This document shows positions 40,243-51,600 of a stretch of DNA of 64,000 nt, one piece after another. The notes under the pieces are model-generated. The model saw nothing but the letters and a program-made list of their open reading frames with translations. It searched no databases and was not told the DNA's origin. This DNA is from an uncultured delta proteobacterium. Lineage in GTDB: Bacteria > Desulfobacterota > Binatia > UBA9968. Position 1 is the stretch's first letter; each line of letters begins with the position of its first letter. The DNA is taken from the NCBI GenBank assembly GCA_963727625.1, contig CAVSHR010000003.1, positions 160,001 through 224,000 on the forward strand. Direction: 5' to 3'. Made by a program: the position numbers and the translations under genes.

Positions 40243-41540
40243 GCTGCGCCTCCTGCCTCCGCGCTGGCACGGACCATTTTCTTGTGCTCCAATGATTCGA
40301 AAAAAGCGTCGATGCGGTTTTTGAGCTGGGCTTCGGAAAAATATCGCGGATCTTCGATATCCGATTCGATCAACAGAGTGGGAACGTTTAGTTCTTTGGT
40401 GAAATATTCACGCATGTCGCCCTGTCCCGCGGAAAAGAGGCGGCAGCTTTTGACCGAGTGAATCACCAGAGCGTCGGCATGCCACTCTTCGACATAACGG
40501 CGGATCTGCTGGTAGCGCTGCAAGAAGTTGCGGTTGGTGACGTTCCACTGGAGCATATGCTGGGCGATGGATTCCAACGGGTGGTTGGTATCATGCCGGA
40601 AGCCGAATTCCCACAGGCCGCCGACAGTGGAGTAGGTCGAGGCCACCGCCACCGCCCCCCATTTGGAAAACATATCTCGAAATGTCCGCAGGTACGGCCA
40701 AGGCGGCGGTCCTTCAATGACGAAGCGGAAACGCTCCTCAGGTAACGGCCCGGTTCCAAGCCGCACTTTTTCTTCCATCTCTTTAAGGGCAGTTTCAAAA
40801 AATCTCACTCCCTCTTCGGTTCCCCTCAGGCAATAGAGCGGCGCCATCATAGTCACCGAATCGAAATAGGCGTCGAAGGGAGAAGGAGTATTCTTGGTTA
40901 GCCCCTTGATGCGCGACCACATCTCGCCGGTTTCGCTCGAGCGGCGGACGATTTCTTTCAGCCGCGCGTAGTCGAGCTTCTTTCCTGTCAATTTCTCGCA
41001 GATCTCGATCACCTCTTCAAGCTGGCGCACGACGTAAGTAATGTCCTCTGGGCTCGGTTGTCCGGATGGATCGCGCGAAAATGGAATGTCGAGGTTGTAC
41101 AGTTGCCCGTCGCAGTACTCGGCCAGGTGCTCGAACCACTGGAGGTAGACATTGCAGCCCACGTAGTTGCAGAGGATCAGCGACGGCAGCGGAATCGTTG
41201 CGAAGGGGGTCTTGCGGTCGCCGAGAAACATGCCCACATCCGCTTTCACATAGGCGCAGTTGTCCATCGAGTAGCCGAGTTCCTCGGCCTTTTGGATAAA
41301 CGGCAGGGCGCTCTTTTTGACCGCAAGCTGCAGGGCATCGATCTCCGGATAGATTGGGATCATGTCGAACGCTTGGATCAATTCCACCGGGTTGCCGCTG
41401 ATCAGCATGTAGACGGCTTTGCCCTCGCCCTTTTCCGCGGCCCGGGTGACGCGCTCGAAGTAGCGCCCCATCATGTCTTTTTGCAGCAGATGCATCTGAC
41501 CCTGATACTGAGTTTTTTCGGCTACAGCTGTTTCCGCCAT
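40239..41540 (-). CDS. bcrB: Class I benzoyl-CoA reductase catalytic subunit B-like
   Basis: [63 protein letters not shown]. Confidence 0.82.
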   Translation of the reverse strand: MAETAVAEKTQYQGQMHLLQKDMMGRYFERVTRAAEKGEGKAVYMLISGNPVELIQAFDMIPIYPEIDALQLAVKKSALPFIQKAEELGYSMDNCAYVKADVGMFLGDRKTPFATIPLPSLILCNYVGCNVYLQWFEHLAEYCDGQLYNLDIPFSRDPSGQPSPEDITYVVRQLEEVIEICEKLTGKKLDYARLKEIVRRSSETGEMWSRIKGLTKNTPSPFDAYFDSVTMMAPLYCLRGTEEGVRFFETALKEMEEKVRLGTGPLPEERFRFVIEGPPPWPYLRTFRDMFSKWGAVAVASTYSTVGGLWEFGFRHDTNHPLESIAQHMLQWNVTNRNFLQRYQQIRRYVEEWHADALVIHSVKSCRLFSAGQGDMREYFTKELNVPTLLIESDIEDPRYFSEAQLKNRIDAFFESLEHKKMVRASAEAGGAA

Positions 41541-41549
41541 AAGGTTCTC

Positions 41550-42707
41550 CTAATCGAAAAGCATTGACTCGACAAAGGTCTCGACCTCGGTACGCGCTTT
41601 ATCGAAGATCCACATCTTTTCCTCAAACTCGAGGCATAGGTGCGGAATACCCTCTTTTTCCAGCGCCCGTTTATAAAGTGCGTAGTCGAACAGCGCTGGC
41701 TCGCAGAATTTTGCTGCCAGGATTAATACCGCGGTGGCGCCGGTCTCCTTGAATTTGTCGATGAGATGTTTGGATTTGGGCTCGCGGGTATCGTGTTTGA
41801 CGCCGGAATAAACGCTTTGATTGATGTAAGCATCGGCGATGTTACGCAGGGGATCGCCTTCGGTCGAGATATCTCCAGGAAACCAGCGCCAACCAACGAG
41901 GAAGTCATCGTCCAGAATGTAGCAGCCGGCGGCCTCCAGGCCGTCGAGCAGCTCGATGGGCGGCTGCTCGCAGAAAGAGCCTTCGAGGACGACTTTGATC
42001 CTATCCTTGGGCTTTTCGTGGCGTTGGCGCAGTTCCGGCAGCGCTTCGTTGAGTATGGCGATGTGTTCCTGTGGCGGGAGCAGGGTGCCGACGCGGGTTA
42101 AGACGTAACACTCTACAGTGGAAAGATTCTGCGGCGTCTCTCTGCGGATGGCATAGAGTTCCCGCATCAGGCGACGCTGTTCATTATACAGCGAGATACT
42201 ATTTCTCAAGCCATCGTCGGTGATCTTTTTTCCGGACAATTGCTCATAGCTGGCGGCAAGCCTTTTGTACTCAGAGATCAAGTATTCCACGGTATGGGGG
42301 GAAGTCATGTTCTGGGGAAAGTGTATGTATTCCACCATCAGATCGGGAAAGTTTCTTTTGAAAACGCTGCCGAGATTGCGCGCCGGGTCGCAGATCGAGT
42401 GAAAAACCATGCCGTCGAGAAACTTGAGCCTCTCGGTGAGTCCCAACTCAAGGGTGCTTTTGACAATGGAACAAATGAAGGATTGAAAACGAGAATCGGC
42501 GTGGGCGATCTCCAGCCGGTTGCCGGCGCCGATGATGCCGACAGGCAGCATGCCCGCGGCATGAATGAGTTCGACGGGAGTGTAGACCGGATAGCACCCG
42601 ACCATTTTCTTATCGGGATTCGCTTTCTTCGACTCTACGGCGAGATCGAGTGGCGAAATCTCAAGGGGCTCGCGGTACCGAGAAACAAAATTCTCGACAG
42701 TTGTCAT
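41550..42707 (-). CDS. bcrC: Class I benzoyl-CoA reductase subunit C-like
   Basis: PVYTPVELIHAAG, FQSFICSIVKSTLELGL, SICD, GSFCEQPP, KFCEPALFD. Confidence 0.82.
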   Translation of the reverse strand: MTTVENFVSRYREPLEISPLDLAVESKKANPDKKMVGCYPVYTPVELIHAAGMLPVGIIGAGNRLEIAHADSRFQSFICSIVKSTLELGLTERLKFLDGMVFHSICDPARNLGSVFKRNFPDLMVEYIHFPQNMTSPHTVEYLISEYKRLAASYEQLSGKKITDDGLRNSISLYNEQRRLMRELYAIRRETPQNLSTVECYVLTRVGTLLPPQEHIAILNEALPELRQRHEKPKDRIKVVLEGSFCEQPPIELLDGLEAAGCYILDDDFLVGWRWFPGDISTEGDPLRNIADAYINQSVYSGVKHDTREPKSKHLIDKFKETGATAVLILAAKFCEPALFDYALYKRALEKEGIPHLCLEFEEKMWIFDKARTEVETFVESMLFD

Positions 42708-42744
42708 GGATCGCTCCGTTATAACCTTTTTATCGGAGAGTTTC

Positions 42745-42759
42745 GCAATATGGGTGCCA
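42745..42759 (-). promoter_or_regulatory. Sigma-54 promoter of the aryl-CoA reductase operon
   Basis: TGGCACCCATATTGC, 37 bp upstream of the bcrC start. Confidence 0.8.
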
Positions 42760-42887
42760 CTGGTTCTTGAACGTTTGTAGCAGTTCTCGCTTGAATTTTC
42801 CCAACAATAGGAAAGATGTGTGAAAACTTTCTCAGACGTCAGAACGGCGCCTGCGATTTCTCTTGACTAAAGCTCGACTAAAGATGG

Positions 42888-42902
42888 TGGCATGTGCCTT
42901 GC
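42888..42902 (+). promoter_or_regulatory. Divergent sigma-54 promoter
   Basis: TGGCATGTGCCTTGC upstream of the ferritin-like gene. Confidence 0.72.
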
Positions 42903-42957
42903 TCGATAAATCACTGATCCCCCGCCTAATAAGTTCGCTTACGAAAGGAGAACGGTT

Positions 42958-43524
42958 GTGGCGCGAACTCTAAGGTCTCATTCTATCAAAGCCATCGCCG
43001 GGCAAAGGGCGGAGGACGCCATGTGGGGCATCCCCGAGTCGCCTGAGTTCTCCGCCGTGCAGCATATGATGAATGAGTTTAAGACCCACGAAAACGACGA
43101 GGCGGAGTGGCTGAAGACTTACCAAAAGACTGCCGATGAAACAGACGATCCGCTCGTTCGCTTTCTGTTGAGTCTGATCATCGCCGACGAGGAGCGGCAC
43201 CATCAGATCATTGACCGCATGATAGCGAGGCTTAAAAACGACCTCGCCGAAACGCGGCCGGAAAAAATTTTCCAAGAAAAACAAGGTCCCGCCGGCAAAA
43301 ATGCCGGGCTACGAGCAGCGTTGGATCGATTTCTCGAAGTCGAGCGCAACGGCATCAAGGAATATGAGAGGTTGAGCAAGGCCAGCGGGGGGTTAGGTCA
43401 TGACTTGTTCGGACTGCTCTGCCGCACGATGGTTCATGACTCGATGAAGCACATCGGCATTCTCGATTTTTTACGGCGCAGGTTGCGTGAGCCCAAGAGC
43501 GCTAAACCTAGGCGAAAAAAGTGA
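42958..43524 (+). CDS. Ferritin-like (rubrerythrin-type) four-helix protein; alternative start at 43021
   Basis: E...DEERH and E...DSMKH di-iron-type pattern; RBS before both candidate starts. Confidence 0.75.
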   Translation: MARTLRSHSIKAIAGQRAEDAMWGIPESPEFSAVQHMMNEFKTHENDEAEWLKTYQKTADETDDPLVRFLLSLIIADEERHHQIIDRMIARLKNDLAETRPEKIFQEKQGPAGKNAGLRAALDRFLEVERNGIKEYERLSKASGGLGHDLFGLLCRTMVHDSMKHIGILDFLRRRLREPKSAKPRRKK

Positions 43525-43616
43525 AGAGTGGCACTATACCCATGTCACCGCGTTACATACCGCCACGCGGTTGAGTTGGTTCCGCACGCATCGACCGATC
43601 GACCTCTGTGGCGACA

Positions 43617-44705
43617 TTAATTGAGAAACTTCATTTCGATGAAATCGACCAGAGGACCGATGCGATCCGGTTGAAAATTCGGGGCTGTGGCTGCCGGCGA
43701 TTTCGAGCCCACCGTCGCAACAACTAAATCACTCGCCCTGCATAGACGTTTATCGTCGTGCCCCGACAGCACTTCGATCTTTGGCCCAGGTTCCTCGTGA
43801 AACCCTTCCACTAAGACGATGTCGTGGCCACTAAAATGAGGCAAGATTTGCTCCAGTGAATTGCGATCACTGGCGGCGCGAAATAGCGCAACGTGAGCCG
43901 GTGCCATCAGCGCAACCGTATGGGCACCCGCTCGCCGGTGGCGCCAGGTGTCCGTGCCCACAGAGTCCACTTCGGCGGGAAAGTCGGAATGATGATGTTT
44001 GACAGTGCCAACCCGATATCCGCGCGCGGTTAACTCGGCGACGAGTTTTTCGATGAGCGTGGTCTTGCCGACTTTCTTAAAGCCGACGACATGTAAAACT
44101 CGGGCGGGGACTGCGGTTCGTGAGCGGTCGGGCGGCTGGGACGCCCCGTTGGACTGCGCGCATGGAATGCAGAGCGTTTGTCCTGCCAGGTGAATTTCCC
44201 GACGGAGATTTATTCCCTCGCCGCAAGAGTCACAATAGACCCTTGGGCTACGAAAGCCCGGCATGTTCTCTTCGGGGATTTCTACCCAGGCTGGCTGAAT
44301 CCCAAAGAGTAAATCCTCGGGCATGACGGTGTAAGCTTGCTTTTGCGCCTCCCTGGGATTTGCCGCATTGGGCGCATAGGCGGCAGCATGGTCTCGCGCA
44401 TTGTCTTTGGCGAGAACTCGAACCGCTTTCTGCGCTGCCGTGTTTATAAAGGTTGCCGCCATCTTGCCATAGTCGAGAAACTTCAGGGTTCGCTTGCCCA
44501 GCGAGCAGCCGGTCACGGCTTGCACTGCGTCGGTGGCGCAACGATCCATCTCGACGTAAACAATCAGTTTTTTGCAGCCGTGTGGTTCGTCGATACCGAC
44601 TTCACGGCAACCTACCATGGCCATGCGCACGCCGAGCACTTGCCCGGCGCAGTGATGTCCGTGAAGAGAGGACGATTCCTTCAGCAGTTCAGTCAATGGG
44701 CGCAT
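43617..44705 (-). CDS. FmdE-family domain + zinc finger + MobB fusion
   Basis: HGHHCAGQVLG, CATDAVQAVTGCSLGK, DYGKMAATF; CDSCGE...LCIPC; then GFKKVGKTTLIEKL, VKHHH, DTWRHRRAGA, VLVEGF. Confidence 0.88.
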   Translation of the reverse strand: MRPLTELLKESSSLHGHHCAGQVLGVRMAMVGCREVGIDEPHGCKKLIVYVEMDRCATDAVQAVTGCSLGKRTLKFLDYGKMAATFINTAAQKAVRVLAKDNARDHAAAYAPNAANPREAQKQAYTVMPEDLLFGIQPAWVEIPEENMPGFRSPRVYCDSCGEGINLRREIHLAGQTLCIPCAQSNGASQPPDRSRTAVPARVLHVVGFKKVGKTTLIEKLVAELTARGYRVGTVKHHHSDFPAEVDSVGTDTWRHRRAGAHTVALMAPAHVALFRAASDRNSLEQILPHFSGHDIVLVEGFHEEPGPKIEVLSGHDDKRLCRASDLVVATVGSKSPAATAPNFQPDRIGPLVDFIEMKFLN

Positions 44706-44780
44706 AGGTCTTTCAAACTATTTCAACTACCGAATTCAGTTCACGAACTCGCGCGCGCTCGGGGCAATTGCGCCATCTAT

Positions 44781-46292
44781 TCATGACCGACTTTTCTCAA
44801 GTCGCAACTGTTGCCAGACAGAGACCGCTTTTTGGCCGTTGCGATCGCTCTGCGAGCCATCCCAAACGGCGAATGCCACCGGGACCGTCTCGCCCGGTGT
44901 GAGCTGACGATCTCGGGAACTCTCGGTTCTCAAGGGCCGGATCATCACCACGCGCCACTGACCTTCGCGCCAGACCGCGCTGCCGCGAATCTGTTGGTCA
45001 TCGAGGGGTTGTGGGGTCAAAGTGCCGAAGCCCTCGGCGTTCAATTCAGTTATACGGGACTGTGGTACCACCGAGTACAGTCCGTTCCCCGCAGCGCGCG
45101 CCGTCGCATAAACGGGGTCCGAGTCGAATGGATAGTCGTCTATTGCTAAGTTGGGATATGCTTTGGTGAAAGAATCGGCAATCGCTTTCAGTCCATTATC
45201 CGCGCGCCAGTACCAGATGTTGACGCCCGCGGTTTTTTCACCCATCGTGAAGCTCGGTGTTTTCCCGCTGAGGGGGAACTGAGCGGCGACAGCGTCGGCG
45301 AATGCTTGCGGTCGGGCCGCCGAAAAATCTGCGGTGGGATCATCCCATTCGATACATAAAGCCAAATCGCTTACTGTGTACAGGGCCCGAATCCGGAGGG
45401 AGCGAATAGTTTTTTCTCGCGCCCACAGCGTCATCAGTTTGACTTCGATAGGCGACACGCGCTCCCAGTCAGGGTTGAACGGATCCGCGGGATCGATGGC
45501 TGTTCGGGCGCGCTTGGCCGTGATTAAGACCGAAGGGTTGGCCAGGGCAGGCTTAACTGGCGTGCGCCCAAGAGACTGCACATAGGCGACCAGTTCCCAG
45601 GACTGTTCCGGAGTTAGCGAGTCGCTGAACACGGGCATCGGTGTGCCACCGACTCCGACTTGAATCACCTTGTAGATATCTTGCGGGGTCGCGCCCTGTT
45701 TGAAAAGGTCCGGGCGTGTGAGGTCGCGCGGGCGGATGGGATATCCCCATTCATCTCGAAGGTCTGCAACCGAGGAGCCATCGCCTCGTCCGCCCGGCCC
45801 ATGACAGGAATCACAACCGGCATCGACATAGAGTTGCTTACCCGCTGCGACCATCTTCGGTGTGAGGTGTGGCAGGGCGGGAATCTTGACCGGCTGGCCC
45901 GGCTTGGAAAAGGCGGCGGAAAAGGTTTTGATGTAGTCCACCAGGGCCAAGCGATCGCTTGGACTGAGATTCGCCCAAGCGGGCATGGCGGTCCCGGGTA
46001 TTCCCCGGGTGATCGTGCGCAAAAGATCGGCATTCGTCGGTGTAGTCGGAGTCGACCGAAACTTAAAAATTCCGCGGGTAAAATCACGCGGTTCGGGAAA
46101 AATGAGATAGGCTCCCGGCCCGTCTCCACGGCCCTCCGCTCCATGGCAAACCGCACAGTTGGCGGAATAAAGTTCCTTGCCACGGGTTAGGCTTATTGTC
46201 GGGCGATTTATTTTCTGCGCCGCCAACGCCAACGTTGATGCGAACACCGCGACCACAAGGCCGATCATCCAATTGAACTTCATGCGGATCAC
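44781..46292 (-). CDS. Dihaem cytochrome c fused to an EbdC/NxrC-like haem b domain (gamma subunit)
   Basis: Signal peptide; CAVCH and CDSCH, each followed by PRD..G...GTxMP; C-domain EWDDPT, DAVAAQFP, FTMG (Met), AFAVWDG...RNGQK (Lys). Confidence 0.87.
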   Translation of the reverse strand: MIRMKFNWMIGLVVAVFASTLALAAQKINRPTISLTRGKELYSANCAVCHGAEGRGDGPGAYLIFPEPRDFTRGIFKFRSTPTTPTNADLLRTITRGIPGTAMPAWANLSPSDRLALVDYIKTFSAAFSKPGQPVKIPALPHLTPKMVAAGKQLYVDAGCDSCHGPGGRGDGSSVADLRDEWGYPIRPRDLTRPDLFKQGATPQDIYKVIQVGVGGTPMPVFSDSLTPEQSWELVAYVQSLGRTPVKPALANPSVLITAKRARTAIDPADPFNPDWERVSPIEVKLMTLWAREKTIRSLRIRALYTVSDLALCIEWDDPTADFSAARPQAFADAVAAQFPLSGKTPSFTMGEKTAGVNIWYWRADNGLKAIADSFTKAYPNLAIDDYPFDSDPVYATARAAGNGLYSVVPQSRITELNAEGFGTLTPQPLDDQQIRGSAVWREGQWRVVMIRPLRTESSRDRQLTPGETVPVAFAVWDGSQSDRNGQKAVSVWQQLRLEKSRS

Positions 46293-46318
46293 GCTGCTCC
46301 CTCCTTTAATTTGCCACT

Positions 46319-47074
46319 TCAGTGCCGGGTCGAATCCTCCATTCCAGCACCGCAGGCCGCAACACATGAAAAGTTAGTCCCTTCGGGCTCAGCGGAGGCG
46401 GGTGCCGGCTCGAGATCGTTCGCCCCAAGATCAACACCGACATCGTGACAGTGCGCCTTTACGCAATCTGCCGTGATATCAGCGATTAATTCGAAAATGC
46501 CTCCACCAGCCCGGTCGCGGAGCTGTTTGAGAAAGCTCGGCGCCCATCGCCCAAGGTGGTCCCTTAAAAAACCGATTCCGGCCTGGCCACAAAGGTCGGC
46601 ATTCTCCCCCCACTCATGAAGTAGTGCATAGGCTTCTTTCAGCGCGAGTACGTGCATGAATTCGAGCTCGACGGCGATGTGGTCCGGTCGCTCCCGCCGA
46701 GTGTCGGACGGCTCCAGGCCAAATGCCCGGTAGAAACCGCTCACGTCCGCCAGACACTGAGTTTCCTGAAAAACATGATGGGTGCCATAGTCGGCTTCGT
46801 ACGGGCGTAGCTCGCCCGCCGCCGTATGGCCGAAGATCGCTACATGCTCGCCCACGAATTGCTCCGCCGTCATCGCCTGAAGTCTTTCTGGCAAACATGT
46901 AAAGCCCCTAGCGCTCCAGCCTAGAACGGAACGAACGCGTTCCAAGTCTCCTGGCGACGAATCGTGAAGCAGCTGCCACGATGCACTGTCAGGGTAGACA
47001 TAGAGCGTGGAGAGGTAATGATAGAGGGCGCTCCGTGCGTGCGCCTGTTCGATTCGTCGGCTTATGGTGTGCAT
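46319..47074 (-). CDS. TorD/DmsD-family molybdoenzyme chaperone
   Basis: PYEADY, LADVSGFYRAFGL, ERPDHIAVELEFM, FLRDHLGRW. Confidence 0.9.
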   Translation of the reverse strand: MHTISRRIEQAHARSALYHYLSTLYVYPDSASWQLLHDSSPGDLERVRSVLGWSARGFTCLPERLQAMTAEQFVGEHVAIFGHTAAGELRPYEADYGTHHVFQETQCLADVSGFYRAFGLEPSDTRRERPDHIAVELEFMHVLALKEAYALLHEWGENADLCGQAGIGFLRDHLGRWAPSFLKQLRDRAGGGIFELIADITADCVKAHCHDVGVDLGANDLEPAPASAEPEGTNFSCVAACGAGMEDSTRH

Positions 47075-47088
47075 CGCGGGGTCTCCGT

Positions 47089-48364
<1,276 letters not shown>

Positions 48365-48372
<8 letters not shown>

Positions 48373-48637
48373 CGTGACCTCCCCGGGATTCACTCTTAAA
48401 ACGTTTGCGCACGCGCTCGATGAGGCTTTGCACATAGGCCTCACCTCGCGCACGGTAGATCGAATGGGCGCCGGCATAAAAAGGATCGCGGAAGAGACCC
48501 AGCAAACGTTCGCGGTCGTAGCCGAGCCAGACGAATTCCTCCACGAAACATTCGGCCATCACCTCCGTGTCTCCTTCGGGCACGGAGACTCGAACCAGCT
48601 CCATCGGGTCGTCGTCTTCAAGGGGTTTGCGTGCCAT
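48365..48637 (-). CDS. Small acidic accessory protein between the alpha and beta genes
   Basis: 90 aa, EDDDPMELV...MAECFVEEF..LG...LFRDPFYAG; overlaps the beta start. Confidence 0.75.
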
Positions 48638-48699
48638 GCTTCATCCGTCCTTAATATGGCTGGTTTTCTTACGTCCGGCCGTCTCGCGGTCCAGTGCGG

Positions 48700-51600
48700 T
48701 TATTTGTCATTTACCTTGATCATCTCTCCGCCGAGATAGCGCGTCATGAAATCCGCTTCGGCGCCGGGAGTCCGGCCGGTGCGTGCCGTTTCCCAAATTC
48801 CCTTGCCTTCGAGCCCGCCGTCCTCGGCCTTGACGATCCGGATGAGCGTTTCCTTCGGCACCGTATTGACTGCGTGGTTGTCGACGTCGAAGCCGAACAC
48901 GAAGCCCACGCTTCCGGTTTTCTTGTGGAACAGCGTGTCGGTCTGGTGCATCGGAGGAAGCCAGCCGCGCGTGATGGATTGATGCGAGCCGTAGCGATAA
49001 GAGGCTTGGTAACCGGTTTCGGGCGCCAGCGCGCGTTTGTCCGGACGGGTTTCGTGAGCCCGGACGGTTCGTTCCGTGGCAATCCAGCCGGTGTGCTTTA
49101 GAACCGTGAAGTGATAGGGCAGGGCCGGATTGAACTTCACTCTAACCATGCAGCGGAAAGCGCGGTAACGAGAGTCATCGGGCTTCCAGCCGACGTAGGG
49201 CCGGTCCACCGGGTTCGCGTCAACGTAGACGTAGTCGCCGTCATGGAGACCCATTGCCATCCCGGCTTGCGGGTTTAGTTGGATCTGGCGGTCGGCGACG
49301 CCGGGAGCCCGCTTGTCCATGCGATAGGGGTCGCCGAAATTGCACGACCAGATCCAGTTCCAGTCCACCGTCGACCACGACGAGTGGGTTGAATGGCGGC
49401 TCTTAGGAGTGGAGCAGAAAAAGCGAAATCCCTGAGTCCAAAGCGGATTGACGCTCTTCTTCACCTCGGACCACGCCATCTTGACATTGCGCACCGAGCG
49501 CAGGTCGGCGTCCATGGCATCCAGTGGAATACCGTAGTTCTCTGGGCGAACGAAGGGACTGGTCGAGACGATGACGTTGGGGAGATAGGGCGTCGCTTCG
49601 GGTCCCTCGCGGTGGACGATCAGGTTCTCCCCGTACTCGATCGCTTCGGGGAGATCGCAGTAGGCATTGAGCCGTCCCGTATCGGTGTAAAACGGGACAT
49701 CATCGTGAACTTGCTCCCAGAAAGGCACCCGGGGATAAGTACGGAACAGCATGAGCGCTGTTCCTGGCGAACCGTAGCCCCCCTTGATGATTTTATCGAC
49801 CCCGTACGACTCACGCTGGTTCCGCGTCGTTGTCGAGCTGTCGAATACCCGTTGGAGATAGACCTGCGGCTTTTTCTCCGAGACGTATTTCCAATAATCT
49901 CGGAAGCGGTGATCGCCGAATTTATCGCTCAGGGCCGCGGCCACGCCGGCGAAAATCGCCGCATCGTCCTTGGAGTCGTACAGCGGTTTGATGCCCTCGC
50001 CGCCCCAGATCTGGATGAAGGGATTGGAGCAGGAGCCGCCGCACTCGATCGTTTCAAATTCCATCCACGAATTGGCCGGCAGCACCAGGTCGGCGTATTC
50101 CGCGGAGCCGGTCCATTCGATTTGTTGATCGACGATCATGTCGACCTTCGGCAACACGTTGACGATCAGATGATAAACCCACTTGGACTGGTTGATGAAA
50201 TTTGCGTTGTTGTACCACATCATCTTTGTCGGACAGGGAAGATGGGATTTGCCGGTAAAGACTTTTCGTCCTTTGGGAGTGTCTACAGAGAGGATTTTTT
50301 CCCCGTAACCCCAGTACGAAGGTTCCTCTGCTTCGGTCGTGTCGCGCAACTGTTCACGCGTCAAACGCGCCTTTTCGTCCAGTACCGGATGAAAAGGATC
50401 TTCGTGCACGTAGGCGCCCACTCCAGGACCGCTCCACGGCGAGGCCTGAAACAGCGCGCCTTTGTAATTGCCGGCCCAGGTAAAGGCGCCGGCGCCATGC
50501 ACTCCGATGTTCCCGGTCAGGATCAGCGGCAGGTAGGTGGCGCGGTTATGAAGCGTGGCGTGGAAGTAGTGGTTGATCCCTTCACCGAAGTGAATAGCCG
50601 CGGGCTTGATCGTGGCAAGGTCCTTGGCGAGTTGGTGCACGACCTGCTTTTTCGCTCCGGAAATCTGTTCGACGGTGTCGAGGTCATAGTCTTTCAGATG
50701 CGCTTTGTAAATCGACCATACGGTCATTACTTCGACCGCCGTGCCGTCGATCAACCGCGTTTTGCCTGTCCATTCGAGTTTTGGATCAATGCCTTTGGCC
50801 ACGAGCCTTCCGCCCACGTCATCCCTCGTTACCGCCTTGAGACTCTGGCTCTTTGCGTCGAAGACAACGAAATCACCAAGTTTGTCGTACTGTTCGCGGC
50901 TAAGGTTTTGCAGTTTGAAGCTCGGGCCGTTGGGATCAAGGCTTGCTTTGTAATCTGGAAAGAGTTCCTGAGCATGTAATCGCTTGAGAGTATCGGTTCG
51001 AATCAGGAACGGCATGTCGCTAAAATGCTTGACAAAGTCGGCATCGTACCAACCCTCGTCCATGAGGATTTTGCTGAGGCCGAGGAACACGGCGGTGTCT
51101 GATAGACCGGGCCGCACCGGAATCCACGTATCACATTTGGTGGCGGGGGCGTTGTACTCTGGTGAAATGACGTAGATTTTACCGCCTCGCTCCATGATCT
51201 CAGTCATCCAGTGGGAATCGGCCATCTTATTTTCAATGAGATTTTTCCCGACTTGAATATGCAGCTTCGTGAAGCGCAGGTCATTAAAATCACAGTCCGA
51301 TGTTTGCAGACCGTGGACGAAGGGTTGTCCCGGCGCCTGGTCGCCGCGCCAGGTGTATTCATTCCAATCCCGCGACCCGAGCGCCTTCGCTTCAGGCACG
51401 CCGCGGACGTGATGATCGAGCAGCGCCATCATGTTAACGAATCGGTAAATGCCGAACTTTCCGAGCACACCGTGAATGGGCAGGTTCGAGCCGAACTTCA
51501 TCGTTCGCGTGCCGGCCTCGTTCCAATGCGTGAGCATTAAAGGATCATAGCCGTCGGCGAGCAGGCGCTGCTTGCCGCTCTCACTGCTATAGGTCTTGGC

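Noticed and set aside
43617-44705. Methanogen-type formylmethanofuran dehydrogenase, or a Sec-containing FmdE
   Set aside because: No catalytic Fmd/Fwd subunits in the window, and the FmdE motif has a normal Cys codon.
49393-50979. 528-aa plus-strand ORF and many similar antisense ORFs
   Set aside because: Shadow frames of well-supported genes in GC-rich DNA, with no motifs.
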